NCBI GenBank assembly: GCA_002773855.1
Contig: PEZY01000012.1
Location: 367,847-431,846 of the forward strand
Length of the DNA: 64,000 bases
DNA from: Candidatus Buchananbacteria bacterium CG10_big_fil_rev_8_21_14_0_10_33_19
GTDB lineage: Bacteria > Patescibacteriota > Patescibacteriia > 2-01-FULL-39-33
Direction: 5' to 3'
Of the stretch, positions 19,886-28,958 are shown in pieces. Within the stretch, counting starts at the first letter, position 1. Every line of letters begins with the position of its first letter. A program made the position numbers and the translations under genes. The notes under the pieces were generated by a model. The model was not told the DNA's origin, did no database searches, and saw only the letters and a program-made list of their open reading frames with translations.

Positions 19886-21001
19886 TTAATAGTTTAATGT
19901 TTTAAATACGTTAACCACTTCATAAGCGGTTTTGTCCCAACTATACTCGTTAGCTACCGAAAATCCATTGCTAATTAAATCTTTTTTGAGTTCATCATTA
20001 TTTAAAATTGCCGTCATAGATTCATGAAGTTCATTAACATTATAAGGATCAACTAATATAGCACCATTTTTTACAATCTCTACCTGAGAAGAGTTGGAAC
20101 CAGAAATAACAGGTGTCCCACAAGCCATGGCTTCAATTGGTGGCAAACCAAAGCCTTCATAATATGATGGGTAAACAAATAAACCAGCTAAGTTATACAA
20201 ACCTCGCTTATCAGACTCATTAATGTATCCAATTATTTTAATTTTATCATTTTTCTTAGCTAATTGCATTATTTTCTTCGATTTCCACCCGCCACCACCA
20301 CTAATTACCAAATAATAATCAGTATTTAATTTACTATAAGCTTCGACAATGCTTTCAATATTTTTTCTCGGCTCCAAAGTTCCCAAATATAAAATAAATT
20401 TAGCTGGTAATTTATACTTTTTAACCACTCTATTTAATTCTATTTGGTTAGTTACTACTCTAAATTTTGAATCAACACCTTCATAAACTACTCTCACGCC
20501 ATATGGGTCTACTTTAAGTAGATCAATTAAATCATTTTTAGTACTTTCTGAAACCGCAATTACTACTTCCGATTTTTCGATAATTCTTTTGACCATCAAT
20601 ATTTTATGCCAAAACCTAGATTTTAAAGTTAAAAACTGAGGATATCTTAGATAAGACAAGTCATGAACTGTAATAACTTTTTTACAATTATTTGATAAGG
20701 CAGAAAAATTAATATTTGGCATAAAAAATATATCCACCTCCCCTATTAATTTATCAATACTTGGTTTATTAAATAACAGAAATGACAAGTTTAAGATTTT
20801 ATTGGAATATTTAAAGCCAGAAAATGTCACATTTTTAGATGAAAATTTTGGCAATTTAAATGGTTTAGAATTATTATAAAAAAGAATATATTCATTATTT
20901 TTATCTAATTCAAAAATAGCTTGAAGCAAATTAAAGGTATACCAAGCAATACCAGAATAATTATCAGACATTAAACACCTTATATCAATACCTATTTTCA
21001 T
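19886..21001 (-). CDS. Glycosyltransferase family 1 (GT4)
   Basis: EGFGLPPIEAMACGTPVISG motif; adjacent paralog. Confidence 0.75.
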   Translation of the reverse strand: MKIGIDIRCLMSDNYSGIAWYTFNLLQAIFELDKNNEYILFYNNSKPFKLPKFSSKNVTFSGFKYSNKILNLSFLLFNKPSIDKLIGEVDIFFMPNINFSALSNNCKKVITVHDLSYLRYPQFLTLKSRFWHKILMVKRIIEKSEVVIAVSESTKNDLIDLLKVDPYGVRVVYEGVDSKFRVVTNQIELNRVVKKYKLPAKFILYLGTLEPRKNIESIVEAYSKLNTDYYLVISGGGGWKSKKIMQLAKKNDKIKIIGYINESDKRGLYNLAGLFVYPSYYEGFGLPPIEAMACGTPVISGSNSSQVEIVKNGAILVDPYNVNELHESMTAILNNDELKKDLISNGFSVANEYSWDKTAYEVVNVFKTLNY

Positions 21002-22079
21002 AGTTTTCTTTTAAAACTTCATTTATTTGTACCTTAAAATTATCAATACTAAATTTTTTAGCATGAGTCCTGATAAAATTGGGGTCGTATTTATTTTCAT
21101 CGAATCTAATAACTTTATCGGCTAATTCTTCCCACCATTGTTCCTCAAAAAATTCACCAGTTTGCCCTTCAATAATTGTTTCGGTGGCCCCACCGGACCT
21201 ATAGGCAATAACTGGTCGACCAGAAGCCATCGCTTCAATAGCCGTAATACCAAAATCCTCCTCTTGAGGATTAAGATAGGCTAAACAACCAGCATATAAA
21301 TCTTTCTTTTGATTGTCAGACACTTTGCCTAAAAATTCAATGTTAGATTTAGCTAAACTTTTTAAATATTTCATTTCTGGTCCAACTCCAAAAATTTTAA
21401 GTGGCACACCTAACCTAGAAAAAGCCTTAACCGCTAAATCCAATTTTTTATAAGGCACCAATCTACCACCGGCCAAATAGTACTTCTTAGGCTTATTAGA
21501 AATATAAAAGTTATCAATATCAACTGGTGGATAAATTACTCGACTATCACGACTATAATATTTTTTAATTCTACTTTTAACCGTGCTAGAATTAGCCACA
21601 AACAAATCTACCCTATCAGCTGCTAACCTATCCCATTGCCTTAATTTTCTCAGAGTAAATGGTAAAACAATTTTAACCAATGGATTAACCTTAAGGCCCT
21701 CAACATAAGAATAGGTATCGGTCCATAAAAATCTAGTTGGCGTATGACAATAACAAATATGTAAACTATTAGGATTGGTAATAACCCCCTTAGAAAAAGC
21801 TGAGGAGCTAGATATTACCAAATCATAGTCCATTAAATTATGACCCTCGGTGGCCATTGGCATTAGGGCCAACCACCACTGATATTTATTAACACCTAAG
21901 GATATTCTTTGTAAAAAAGAAGTTACGATTTTTTTATCGTGAAAAAATGTATGAGTGTGTTTTTTATCAATTAACAAAGTAAAAATAGGAGCTTCAGGAA
22001 ACATTTCCTTAAGCACCATTAAAACCCTCTCTGCGCCGCCATCCTGAGCCAGATGGTCATGAACTAAAGCAACTTTCAT
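20985..22079 (-). CDS. Glycosyltransferase family 1 (GT4)
   Basis: EDFGITAIEAMASGRPVIAYRSGGATETI motif. Confidence 0.7.
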   Translation of the reverse strand: MKVALVHDHLAQDGGAERVLMVLKEMFPEAPIFTLLIDKKHTHTFFHDKKIVTSFLQRISLGVNKYQWWLALMPMATEGHNLMDYDLVISSSSAFSKGVITNPNSLHICYCHTPTRFLWTDTYSYVEGLKVNPLVKIVLPFTLRKLRQWDRLAADRVDLFVANSSTVKSRIKKYYSRDSRVIYPPVDIDNFYISNKPKKYYLAGGRLVPYKKLDLAVKAFSRLGVPLKIFGVGPEMKYLKSLAKSNIEFLGKVSDNQKKDLYAGCLAYLNPQEEDFGITAIEAMASGRPVIAYRSGGATETIIEGQTGEFFEEQWWEELADKVIRFDENKYDPNFIRTHAKKFSIDNFKVQINEVLKENYENRY

Positions 22080-22156
22080 AGTAATTATCTTAACAAAAAT
22101 AGTCCTTTTTTAGCAAATAAAAAAGTAGGCAATCTACCTACTAATTATTCGATATC

Positions 22157-23560
22157 TTACTCCGTTTTTCTTTTCTTTAAGACAGCTAATGGCGTCCTAA
22201 ATAAAATCATTAGATCTAATTTGGGACTCCAATTTTCCATATACCAAATATCTAGCCGAATTTCATCATCAAAGTTTAAATCAGATCGTCCAGAAACTTG
22301 AGCCATACCAGTCATACCTGGCTTGATAGTCAAAACTCGCTTTTGATGACTATTATATTTAGCCACTTCCTCAACTTCATGAGGCCTAGGACCGACTAAA
22401 CTCATGCGACCTATTAAAACATTAAATAATTCCGGCAATTCATCAATAGAAAATCTTCTGATTATTTTTCCTACTCTGGTAATCCTCGGATCATCTTTTA
22501 ATTTAATCATCGGAGTACCAGCTCGTAAATTCTCATGAGTGGCCATAAATTCTTCATCAAATCTTTTTTGATGAGCATTTTTTACCATCGAACGAAATTT
22601 AAAATATTTAAATGGCCGGCCAAATTGCCCAATCCGTTGATAAGAAAAAAATATCTGCCCTCTGGAATCTATTAATATTAAAAATGAAATCAGCAGTAGA
22701 AATGGAATAATAAGGGTAATTAAAAAAGTAGAAATAACTACATCAAAAACTCTTTTATAAATTTTGCCCCATCCATCGAGTCTAGTTTTTTTGACCTCAA
22801 TAATCGGTAGACCAGCAATAGTATTGAATTCAAAATTAGTAATAGGCGTGTCAAATATGCCAGCTACAAATTTTAAGGTGATATGATTTAAATAAGAAAA
22901 ATCATTTAACCTGGTCACTTGTTCATTAGGAATACTAGCATCAGCGATTAATATCTCATCAAATTTATCACTCATCAGTAGCTGATAAATTTCTTTTTCA
23001 GACTCTAAACTAAAATCTGAAAATTTGCCAACTACTTTAAAACCAGCCTTCACATCTTTTTTAAAATTTTCTTCTACCTCTTGAGCTAATTTACCACGAC
23101 CAATAATTATCACTCGATGGACTCCTAAGCCATATTTATATAATGAATGTTGAATCAATCTGATCAAGCCACGACTAGTGATAACAAAAATTGTCGAAAA
23201 AATCCAACCAGCAATAATAATAAAACGAGAATCAAACAAATTACGAGAAAAGAAAAATATAAACATCAAAATAGCCACCGCCGTCGATGAACCCAAAATA
23301 ATTTTATAAATTTCATCAATCGGCCGTCTAGTGCCGCGCATTGAATAAAGTCCAGCTATTGCAAAACCAAATATCCAAATTGCCGATATCCCCCAAAGAA
23401 ACCCCAGATATGAATTAAATGACAATTCAAAAATAGCCGGTCTAATCTCTTGAACTGGCTGCCAAAAACGAATGGAATATGAAGCGATGCCAGCTAGAAC
23501 CACTGTTAAATAATCAATGGGCACTAGGCTAGCAGAAATCGCTATTTCTGATCTTTTCAT
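22157..23560 (-). CDS. Polyprenyl-phosphate glycosyl-1-phosphate transferase (WbaP-like bacterial sugar transferase, initiating PGT)
   Basis: N-terminal multi-TM domain; C-terminal PF02397-like motifs (FKFRSM…DELPELFNVLIGRMSLVGPRP). Confidence 0.8.
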   Translation of the reverse strand: MKRSEIAISASLVPIDYLTVVLAGIASYSIRFWQPVQEIRPAIFELSFNSYLGFLWGISAIWIFGFAIAGLYSMRGTRRPIDEIYKIILGSSTAVAILMFIFFFSRNLFDSRFIIIAGWIFSTIFVITSRGLIRLIQHSLYKYGLGVHRVIIIGRGKLAQEVEENFKKDVKAGFKVVGKFSDFSLESEKEIYQLLMSDKFDEILIADASIPNEQVTRLNDFSYLNHITLKFVAGIFDTPITNFEFNTIAGLPIIEVKKTRLDGWGKIYKRVFDVVISTFLITLIIPFLLLISFLILIDSRGQIFFSYQRIGQFGRPFKYFKFRSMVKNAHQKRFDEEFMATHENLRAGTPMIKLKDDPRITRVGKIIRRFSIDELPELFNVLIGRMSLVGPRPHEVEEVAKYNSHQKRVLTIKPGMTGMAQVSGRSDLNFDDEIRLDIWYMENWSPKLDLMILFRTPLAVLKKRKTE

Positions 23561-23565
23561 ACATA

Positions 23566-23641
23566 TATTTTAACACATAATACTACCATATAAAAGCTAA
23601 ATTGTCAATAAAAAAACCCAGTATATAACTGGGTATAATAA
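23566..23641 (-). promoter_or_regulatory. Compact terminator/promoter module (hairpin + T7 + ATTGACAA-17-TAGTAT) between the 189-aa gene and the PGT gene
   Basis: acccagttatatactgggt hairpin + ttttttt + TTGACA then 17 nt then TAGTAT, read on the minus strand. Confidence 0.5.
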
Positions 23642-24211
23642 TTATCCGAAAACAATCAATGAACAAATAAGAGAAATAACTAAAAAAATAACTACATGAC
23701 ATACAGCTGAAACCGTTTCCCAACTAACTTCGCCATGACTAGCTTCCGCAAATTTATACCTTCGCACATAAGAATAACTGCCATCCTCATTTTTTATACG
23801 ATCGGCCTTATGATAATAACTATATGATCTTAAAATAAAAGTACCAATAACTACCCAAACTAAACTACCACCGATTATCGACCAAACATCTTCGCCAACC
23901 ATTTTCCAGATAATAATACCCACCACCATAATACCAACTGGAGTTTTAACAAACTCGTTGACCTGTGTACCTAACTGATCACAGGCTCCAGAAATCGCTG
24001 TACCAATATTGACGCCAATATTTGTCCACTTTTCAGCCTGATCAGCCATCTCCAGTGGTGTAATCTCACCACTAGCGATTTTTTGCGCCTGTAACACTTG
24101 AGCCGCAGTTTCCGGATCAAGCTTATTCAAATCAATACTAATTTTATTACCCTGAGCAAAAATAGTACCACAAATAAGCACAAAAGCCAGAAAAATAGAT
24201 AATCTTTTCAT
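23642..24211 (-). CDS. Secreted/membrane hypothetical protein
   Basis: Signal peptide (MKRLSIFLAFVLICGTIFAQG), two C-terminal TM segments; promoter TTGACA-17-TATGTT at 24250-24311. Confidence 0.45.
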   Translation of the reverse strand: MKRLSIFLAFVLICGTIFAQGNKISIDLNKLDPETAAQVLQAQKIASGEITPLEMADQAEKWTNIGVNIGTAISGACDQLGTQVNEFVKTPVGIMVVGIIIWKMVGEDVWSIIGGSLVWVVIGTFILRSYSYYHKADRIKNEDGSYSYVRRYKFAEASHGEVSWETVSAVCHVVIFLVISLICSLIVFG

Positions 24212-24319
24212 GTTTCTGATTCCTTCTAGTTGAAAGGTGCTACTAGTGCTAAGATTGGCTTAGCACTTTCTGATCTATAACATAAAACAATATTAGAAAA
24301 TTGTCAATAAAAAAAGAGC

Positions 24320-24519
24320 CACCAGCAGCTCTTTGACTTTGTGTCTTGCATTCGGTCGTCCCTACTAACAAGCAAGCTAGCGAATCAATATTAGCTGGAG
24401 GCGAACCTCATAAGCCTATGGTACAACCAGTGTCTACTAGACATGGCGGAGATATTGATTCTACTGGTGACTAGGCCAAGACCTTAGAGAAACGCTTTTG
24501 GCCCAATTACGCTTCAGGT
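24320..24519 (-). ncRNA. Unclassified structured small RNA (~200 nt) with its own promoter and terminator
   Basis: Minus-strand promoter TTGACA(24549-24554)-17-AGTAAT(24526-24531). GC-rich (~50%) transcript with several stable hairpins (GGCCAA…UUGGCC; GAGG-UUCG-CCUC tetraloop; AGCUA…UAGCU). Ends in GAGCUGCUGGUGGCUC + U7. No ORF with an RBS. Confidence 0.4.
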
Positions 24520-24587
24520 AATTTCATTACTGTAAATATAAATTAATTTGTCAATAAAAAAACAGCTTGTCTAAAGCCGTTCTTTTT

Positions 24588-25140
24588 TGTCTAGATAAAT
24601 CTATAAGCCGAATTCTGTTCCTGATGGGTCTGTCTCCAAATAGTCTTTTGTTTATAAGTTTTCACAATTTTGAAATAAATTTTTTAAACAATTTTTAAAG
24701 TTTAGTGGAGCTAAGCTGAAAAAATTTTTATAAAATTTAGACAAAATTTGGAAATTTTAACAAATATGCTATTTGGTGACAGACCCATACAAAGAGATGA
24801 CAATCTATCTGGATTAACTATTACTAGTTAATTCTAGCCCCCTACTATATTTGGGGTTGCACTAAGTAGAGTTTACCACGAACTGCCGGTCACCGACAGC
24901 TGAGTCACGTAGCTTTAGACTAAGGGGATATCCCGTTCTTATTCTAAAACATCATGACACTTTTCACCTTTCATTTGCCGAAGCAAACTAGTATTGTCTC
25001 TGTGGCACTGGTCCTAACTATACCTCGCGATATAGCTGGTGGGCGTTACCCACTACCATGACTTTAATCATAGTGATTAAAGAGTGTTCGGACTTTCCTC
25101 TCCGATTAAAACCGGAGTAGTCATCCAACTTATCTAGACA
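24588..25140 (-). ncRNA. rnpB: RNase P RNA (bacterial type A) with a long AT-rich insertion
   Basis: Ordered conserved elements on the minus strand: P1 (5' gucuagauaag / 3' cuuaucuagac), P3 hairpin, P4 5' strand GAGGAAAGUCCGAAC, GGUAACGCC, AGUGCCACAGAGA, GGUGAAA, GGUAAACUC, and P4 3' strand ACAGAAUUCGGCUUAU with compensatory GG/CC to AA/UU change versus E. coli. A consensus promoter puts the TSS at P1. Confidence 0.8.
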
Positions 25141-25145
25141 GTCAT

Positions 25146-25174
25146 ATTGTATCATAAATATAGTAAAATGTCAA
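25146..25174 (-). promoter_or_regulatory. Promoter of rnpB (TTGACA-17-TACAAT)
   Basis: -35 TTGACA (complement of 25169-25174), 17-nt spacer, -10 TACAAT (complement of 25146-25151); predicted TSS coincides with the 5' end of RNase P P1. Confidence 0.65.
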
Positions 25175-25236
25175 TACTTATTTTAAAATAAATAACAAAA
25201 AAATCCACCTCAAAAATGTTAACTTTTAATATCTTT

Positions 25237-25641
25237 TTATTTTTTTAACGCTTTATCAATAGCTTCGTTAACTAGTTTATCCGCTTCAACATTAGACTCT
25301 CGAAAAACATGAATAAATTTGATTTTTTTAAATTGCTGAGATAAATTATGCACCTTAACGAATAAGGACGCTAAACCGGCATTTTTTACCTTATACTCAT
25401 GATTCAATTGCTTGACTACCAATTCAGAATCCAAATAACAATCCACTTCCTCAGCTTTAGCTTTTATCGCTTCTTCTAAACCCAAAATTAAAGCCTGGTA
25501 CTCAGCCTGATTATTTGTTGATTCACCAATATATTTTTTAAATAATTTCTTTTTGTCGCCAATTTCTAACACCACACCAATCCCCGCTGGACCAGGATTA
25601 CCTCTAGCGCCACCGTCTGAATGCAAAATTACCTTAGTCAT
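25237..25641 (-). CDS. rnhA: Ribonuclease HI
   Basis: MTKVILHSDGGARGNPGPAGIGVVLE… with RNase H type-1 catalytic Asp/Glu pattern; about 134 aa. Confidence 0.85.
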   Translation of the reverse strand: MTKVILHSDGGARGNPGPAGIGVVLEIGDKKKLFKKYIGESTNNQAEYQALILGLEEAIKAKAEEVDCYLDSELVVKQLNHEYKVKNAGLASLFVKVHNLSQQFKKIKFIHVFRESNVEADKLVNEAIDKALKK

Positions 25642-25645
25642 AAAT

Positions 25646-25681
25646 TTAAATACGTATTTAAATACGTATTTAAATACGTAT
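25646..25681. repeat. Three tandem copies of a perfect 12-bp palindrome (TAAATACGTATT/AAATACGTATTT) immediately upstream of the rnhA start
   Basis: taaatacgtatt x3 read directly at 25646-25681; each unit is self-complementary (AAATAC|GTATTT). Confidence 0.8.
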
Positions 25682-25723
25682 TTTTTTATTATAACAAAAA
25701 AGTTTCAAAATAAAAATCAAAAA

Positions 25724-27451
25724 CTACTTAGCACTTTCCATTAAATCTACTATTTTTAGCTGTAATTCTTTATTACCGTTCCATTCATTAACTCCTATTT
25801 CAAAAACGACATCAATATTATCACCGACATTTAATTTGGCACACCAATCACCAAAAGAAAAACCAATCATTTTATGAATGACTGGATGATTAGTTTGACT
25901 AACCATCGCCCGTAAATGCTTGCCATCACTACCCACTGTTTGAACTTGTTCAATTTTTAAATTCCTAATCAAAAACAATGGCATATCATTAGCCTCGCCA
26001 AATGGTTCAAATTTTTCTAACTTATAATAAAAATTCCAATCAATATCTGCTAGTTCAATTTCGGCTTCAATTTTTAATATTTCTCGAAGATCAGCATCTT
26101 TTAAAGCCTCCGTAGCAATAGCTACCATTTTTTTATGAAAATTATCTAAATTTTCTTTACCAATAATCGTAAAACCACAAGCCTGTGGATGGCCACCAAA
26201 TTTTTCTAAATACTCACTACATTCACTTAAAGCACTAGTAATATCAAAACCATTTACACTTCGGCCAGAACCCACATATTTATCACCATCCTGAGATATA
26301 ATAATAGCTGGTAAATTATATTTATCACTAATTCTACCAGCCACCAAACCTACCACCCCCGGATGCCAACTTTCACCGGATGCCAACAATAATTTATCAT
26401 CTTTTATCTGACTAACGATTTTGTCAGCTTCTTTCATCATTGTCACTGTTATAGATTGTCGTCTAGTGTTTTCTTCTTCTAATTTTTGTACTAATTTATC
26501 AGATTCATCATCATTATCAGAAATAAGTAATTCAAAGGCTAGTGAAGCGTGATTTATTCGTCCAGCCGCATTTAGTCGTGGCACTATGCGCCAGCCAATA
26601 TATTGAGTATCCAGCTTACCGCTAAAATGATTAAGCTTTTCAACTATTTTCATAATACCCTTGCGTCTAGTTTTATCTAGAACAATCAAGCCATATTTTA
26701 CAAAAATTCGGTTTTCACCCAAAAGCGGCATAATATCTCCCACTGTGGCAATCGCTACTAAATCAAGCAGCCATTTATCAAAGCCAAGCGGTAATTTATT
26801 AGCCCATACAAACTCATCTTGAGTTTTGAGTAGTCCTTGAACGACCTTAAAAGCTACACCAGCACCACATAATTTTCGAAAAGGATACTGACAATCATTG
26901 AGTGATGGATTAATAATAGCATAAGCGTCTAACGGCAATTCCTGTGGCTCCTTATGGTGGTCGGTGACAATTATATCAACCTTATTTTTTTTAAACTCAG
27001 ATACTTCTTCTTTATTAGAAATACCACAATCGACAGTGACTACTAATTTATAACCACTATCACTTATTTCTTGAACCGCTGTCATATTCAAACCATAGCC
27101 CTCACCTTCTCGAAAAGGAATTCTAATGTCAACATCAGCGCCTAACTTTTTAAGCGCACTATAAATGACCGCCGTTGAACAAACACCATCAGCATCATAA
27201 TCACCATAAATCATGATTTTTTCTTTATCCTTAATAGCCTGAAGTATTCTAGTAGTCGCCTTTTTCATATCTGCAAACAAAAAAGGATCAGCAACTTGCT
27301 CATCATAATTAGGACTTAAAAAATCATTAATTGATTTTTTATCATCAAAACCTCGATTATGTAATAACTGTAAAATTATTTTGTTTTCAGATGGTAAAAT
27401 TTTCACTAAATCTCCACCCATAACCTCAGATACCTGCCATTTTTTATGCAT
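25724..27451 (-). CDS. recJ: Single-stranded-DNA-specific exonuclease RecJ
   Basis: DHH motifs (IMIYGDYDADGV; VTDHH), DHHA1 region, C-terminal OB-like domain. Confidence 0.8.
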   Translation of the reverse strand: MHKKWQVSEVMGGDLVKILPSENKIILQLLHNRGFDDKKSINDFLSPNYDEQVADPFLFADMKKATTRILQAIKDKEKIMIYGDYDADGVCSTAVIYSALKKLGADVDIRIPFREGEGYGLNMTAVQEISDSGYKLVVTVDCGISNKEEVSEFKKNKVDIIVTDHHKEPQELPLDAYAIINPSLNDCQYPFRKLCGAGVAFKVVQGLLKTQDEFVWANKLPLGFDKWLLDLVAIATVGDIMPLLGENRIFVKYGLIVLDKTRRKGIMKIVEKLNHFSGKLDTQYIGWRIVPRLNAAGRINHASLAFELLISDNDDESDKLVQKLEEENTRRQSITVTMMKEADKIVSQIKDDKLLLASGESWHPGVVGLVAGRISDKYNLPAIIISQDGDKYVGSGRSVNGFDITSALSECSEYLEKFGGHPQACGFTIIGKENLDNFHKKMVAIATEALKDADLREILKIEAEIELADIDWNFYYKLEKFEPFGEANDMPLFLIRNLKIEQVQTVGSDGKHLRAMVSQTNHPVIHKMIGFSFGDWCAKLNVGDNIDVVFEIGVNEWNGNKELQLKIVDLMESAK

Positions 27452-27669
27452 TGATATAAACTAAGTAATTATAAGAATAGATTGATTTTATCAAAGATAG
27501 TACTAATTGACAATTAATAACATTTTTAATATCATTGATAGTGTTATGAAAAAGAAAAAATTACAAAAATTTGCTTGGACAATTATTGTCATAATTATGA
27601 TATTATCTATGGTTATTTTTAGCTTATCTCCTATCTTATAAAGTCAAAATTCCAAGAAAGGACACTTAA

Positions 27670-28008
27670 GTGAACAGTGACAGGAAACATAAACTCGAAA
27701 TAACTGATTTAAAAAGACAGTTAGCTCGAGCTAAACGACGCATTAACGAATTAGAAAATGTCGCTCATATTCGTCGAGAAGCCTATGTTAATATCCGCGA
27801 TGACGCCTTTCATTTTTGTCAACAATGGTTGGAATGTTTAAAACTTTTTGATAATACTTGGCGATCAAGATTTGTAGCCAAAGAAGCTTGGTTTGAACAT
27901 TGTATGGAAGTTTTTCCAAAATCTGAAGCAGACTTAATGTCAAAAATGCATCAAAGTCGATTATTTGAAAATGGTGAAGTCCCACCAATCAAAAAACCCC
28001 TTAAATAA
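27670..28008 (+). CDS. Hypothetical protein (GTG start), Cys/His/Trp-rich
   Basis: AAAGGA RBS 8 nt before GTG; terminator aaaaaacccctt-aaata-aaggggtttt at 27990-28020; isolated plus-strand gene next to the lepA 3'-end duplication. Confidence 0.45.
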   Translation: MNSDRKHKLEITDLKRQLARAKRRINELENVAHIRREAYVNIRDDAFHFCQQWLECLKLFDNTWRSRFVAKEAWFEHCMEVFPKSEADLMSKMHQSRLFENGEVPPIKKPLK

Positions 28009-28032
28009 AGGGGTTTTATATTTCCTAAAATT

Positions 28033-28100
28033 ATTTTTTCAGCACTGCCAAAAAAGCATCTGATGGAATATCTACTTTTCCAATACTCATCATTTTCTTT
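28033..28100 (-). pseudogene. Displaced duplicate of the lepA 3' end (last ~20 codons + stop)
   Basis: About 80% nucleotide identity to 28961-29030; minus-strand translation reads KKMMSIGKVDIPSDAFLAVLKK* versus genuine LepA C-terminus KKMMSIGRVDIPSDAFLAVLRK*. Confidence 0.7.
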
Positions 28101-28448
28101 ATTAAAATTATTAAATAGTAAAATTTGGACGCAATACATAAAAAAATAATTTATTCGTTCCTTTAACTAATGTTTTTTAATGAGTAAAAACAATTTTTTT
28201 AATACCTTGTATATACCAATCCAAAAATCAAACCAACACCCTTTATTCCTTCTCCTAATATTCCACCTATATAAAATGCTATTGTATAAGCGATAAGTGA
28301 TATTAAAAAACATTTTAAAACTTACATGTCGCCAATCATTTTTGCTAGTTTCATAGTTTGATAAATTTATTTTTTATTCATATAGTTAGATATACTTTTT
28401 TATGTGATGTAGTCTGAAATTTCACTTCCTTATTATCTTTTTGGAAAT

Positions 28449-28814
28449 TTATTTTGTCTTTGTTGCTTTTGGATCAGGACCATATTTATTATCACCTTTT
28501 GTTCCGTCGGTAATTGCTATAATCAAACTATAAATCGGGATTAAAAGAAACCAACCACTTTTATTTACATCGTGCATTCTACGGACGCTTACTGCAATAA
28601 ACGGAATCAATGTAGCTAACTGATAAATGTAAATTAATATAATTTCCCAATATATTTCAGCATCAATTCCCATTATCCCTTCAATGAAACCAATAACAAA
28701 ACTAAAACCATAAACAATAATAATATTAAACAGAAAAAAATACCAATATTCTGCCCTGCGTGCACGACCACTGAATATTGCGTACTTTTTCAAAACTGAT
28801 AAATAGTAATTCAT
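28449..28814 (-). CDS. DUF805 family inner-membrane protein
   Basis: GRARRAEYW…, three TM helices, C-terminal GDNKYGPDP motif typical of DUF805/YhaH-like proteins; lies between the two lepA 3'-end copies. Confidence 0.65.
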   Translation of the reverse strand: MNYYLSVLKKYAIFSGRARRAEYWYFFLFNIIIVYGFSFVIGFIEGIMGIDAEIYWEIILIYIYQLATLIPFIAVSVRRMHDVNKSGWFLLIPIYSLIIAITDGTKGDNKYGPDPKATKTK

Positions 28815-28958
28815 AGTTATTTTTTAAAATTTAAAACTGATTAAATTATATCACAAACATAAATAATCTAAAATTATACACATATTATACAAAAAAACAT
28901 TAGAGTTATAGATACAGGGGATATTAAAGAAAATACAACTCCATAAAACTATTTTACT

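Noticed and set aside
27951-28139. 62-aa minus-strand ORF
   Set aside because: It overlaps the displaced lepA 3'-end duplicate in a different frame. I interpret it as a pseudogene fragment, not a gene.
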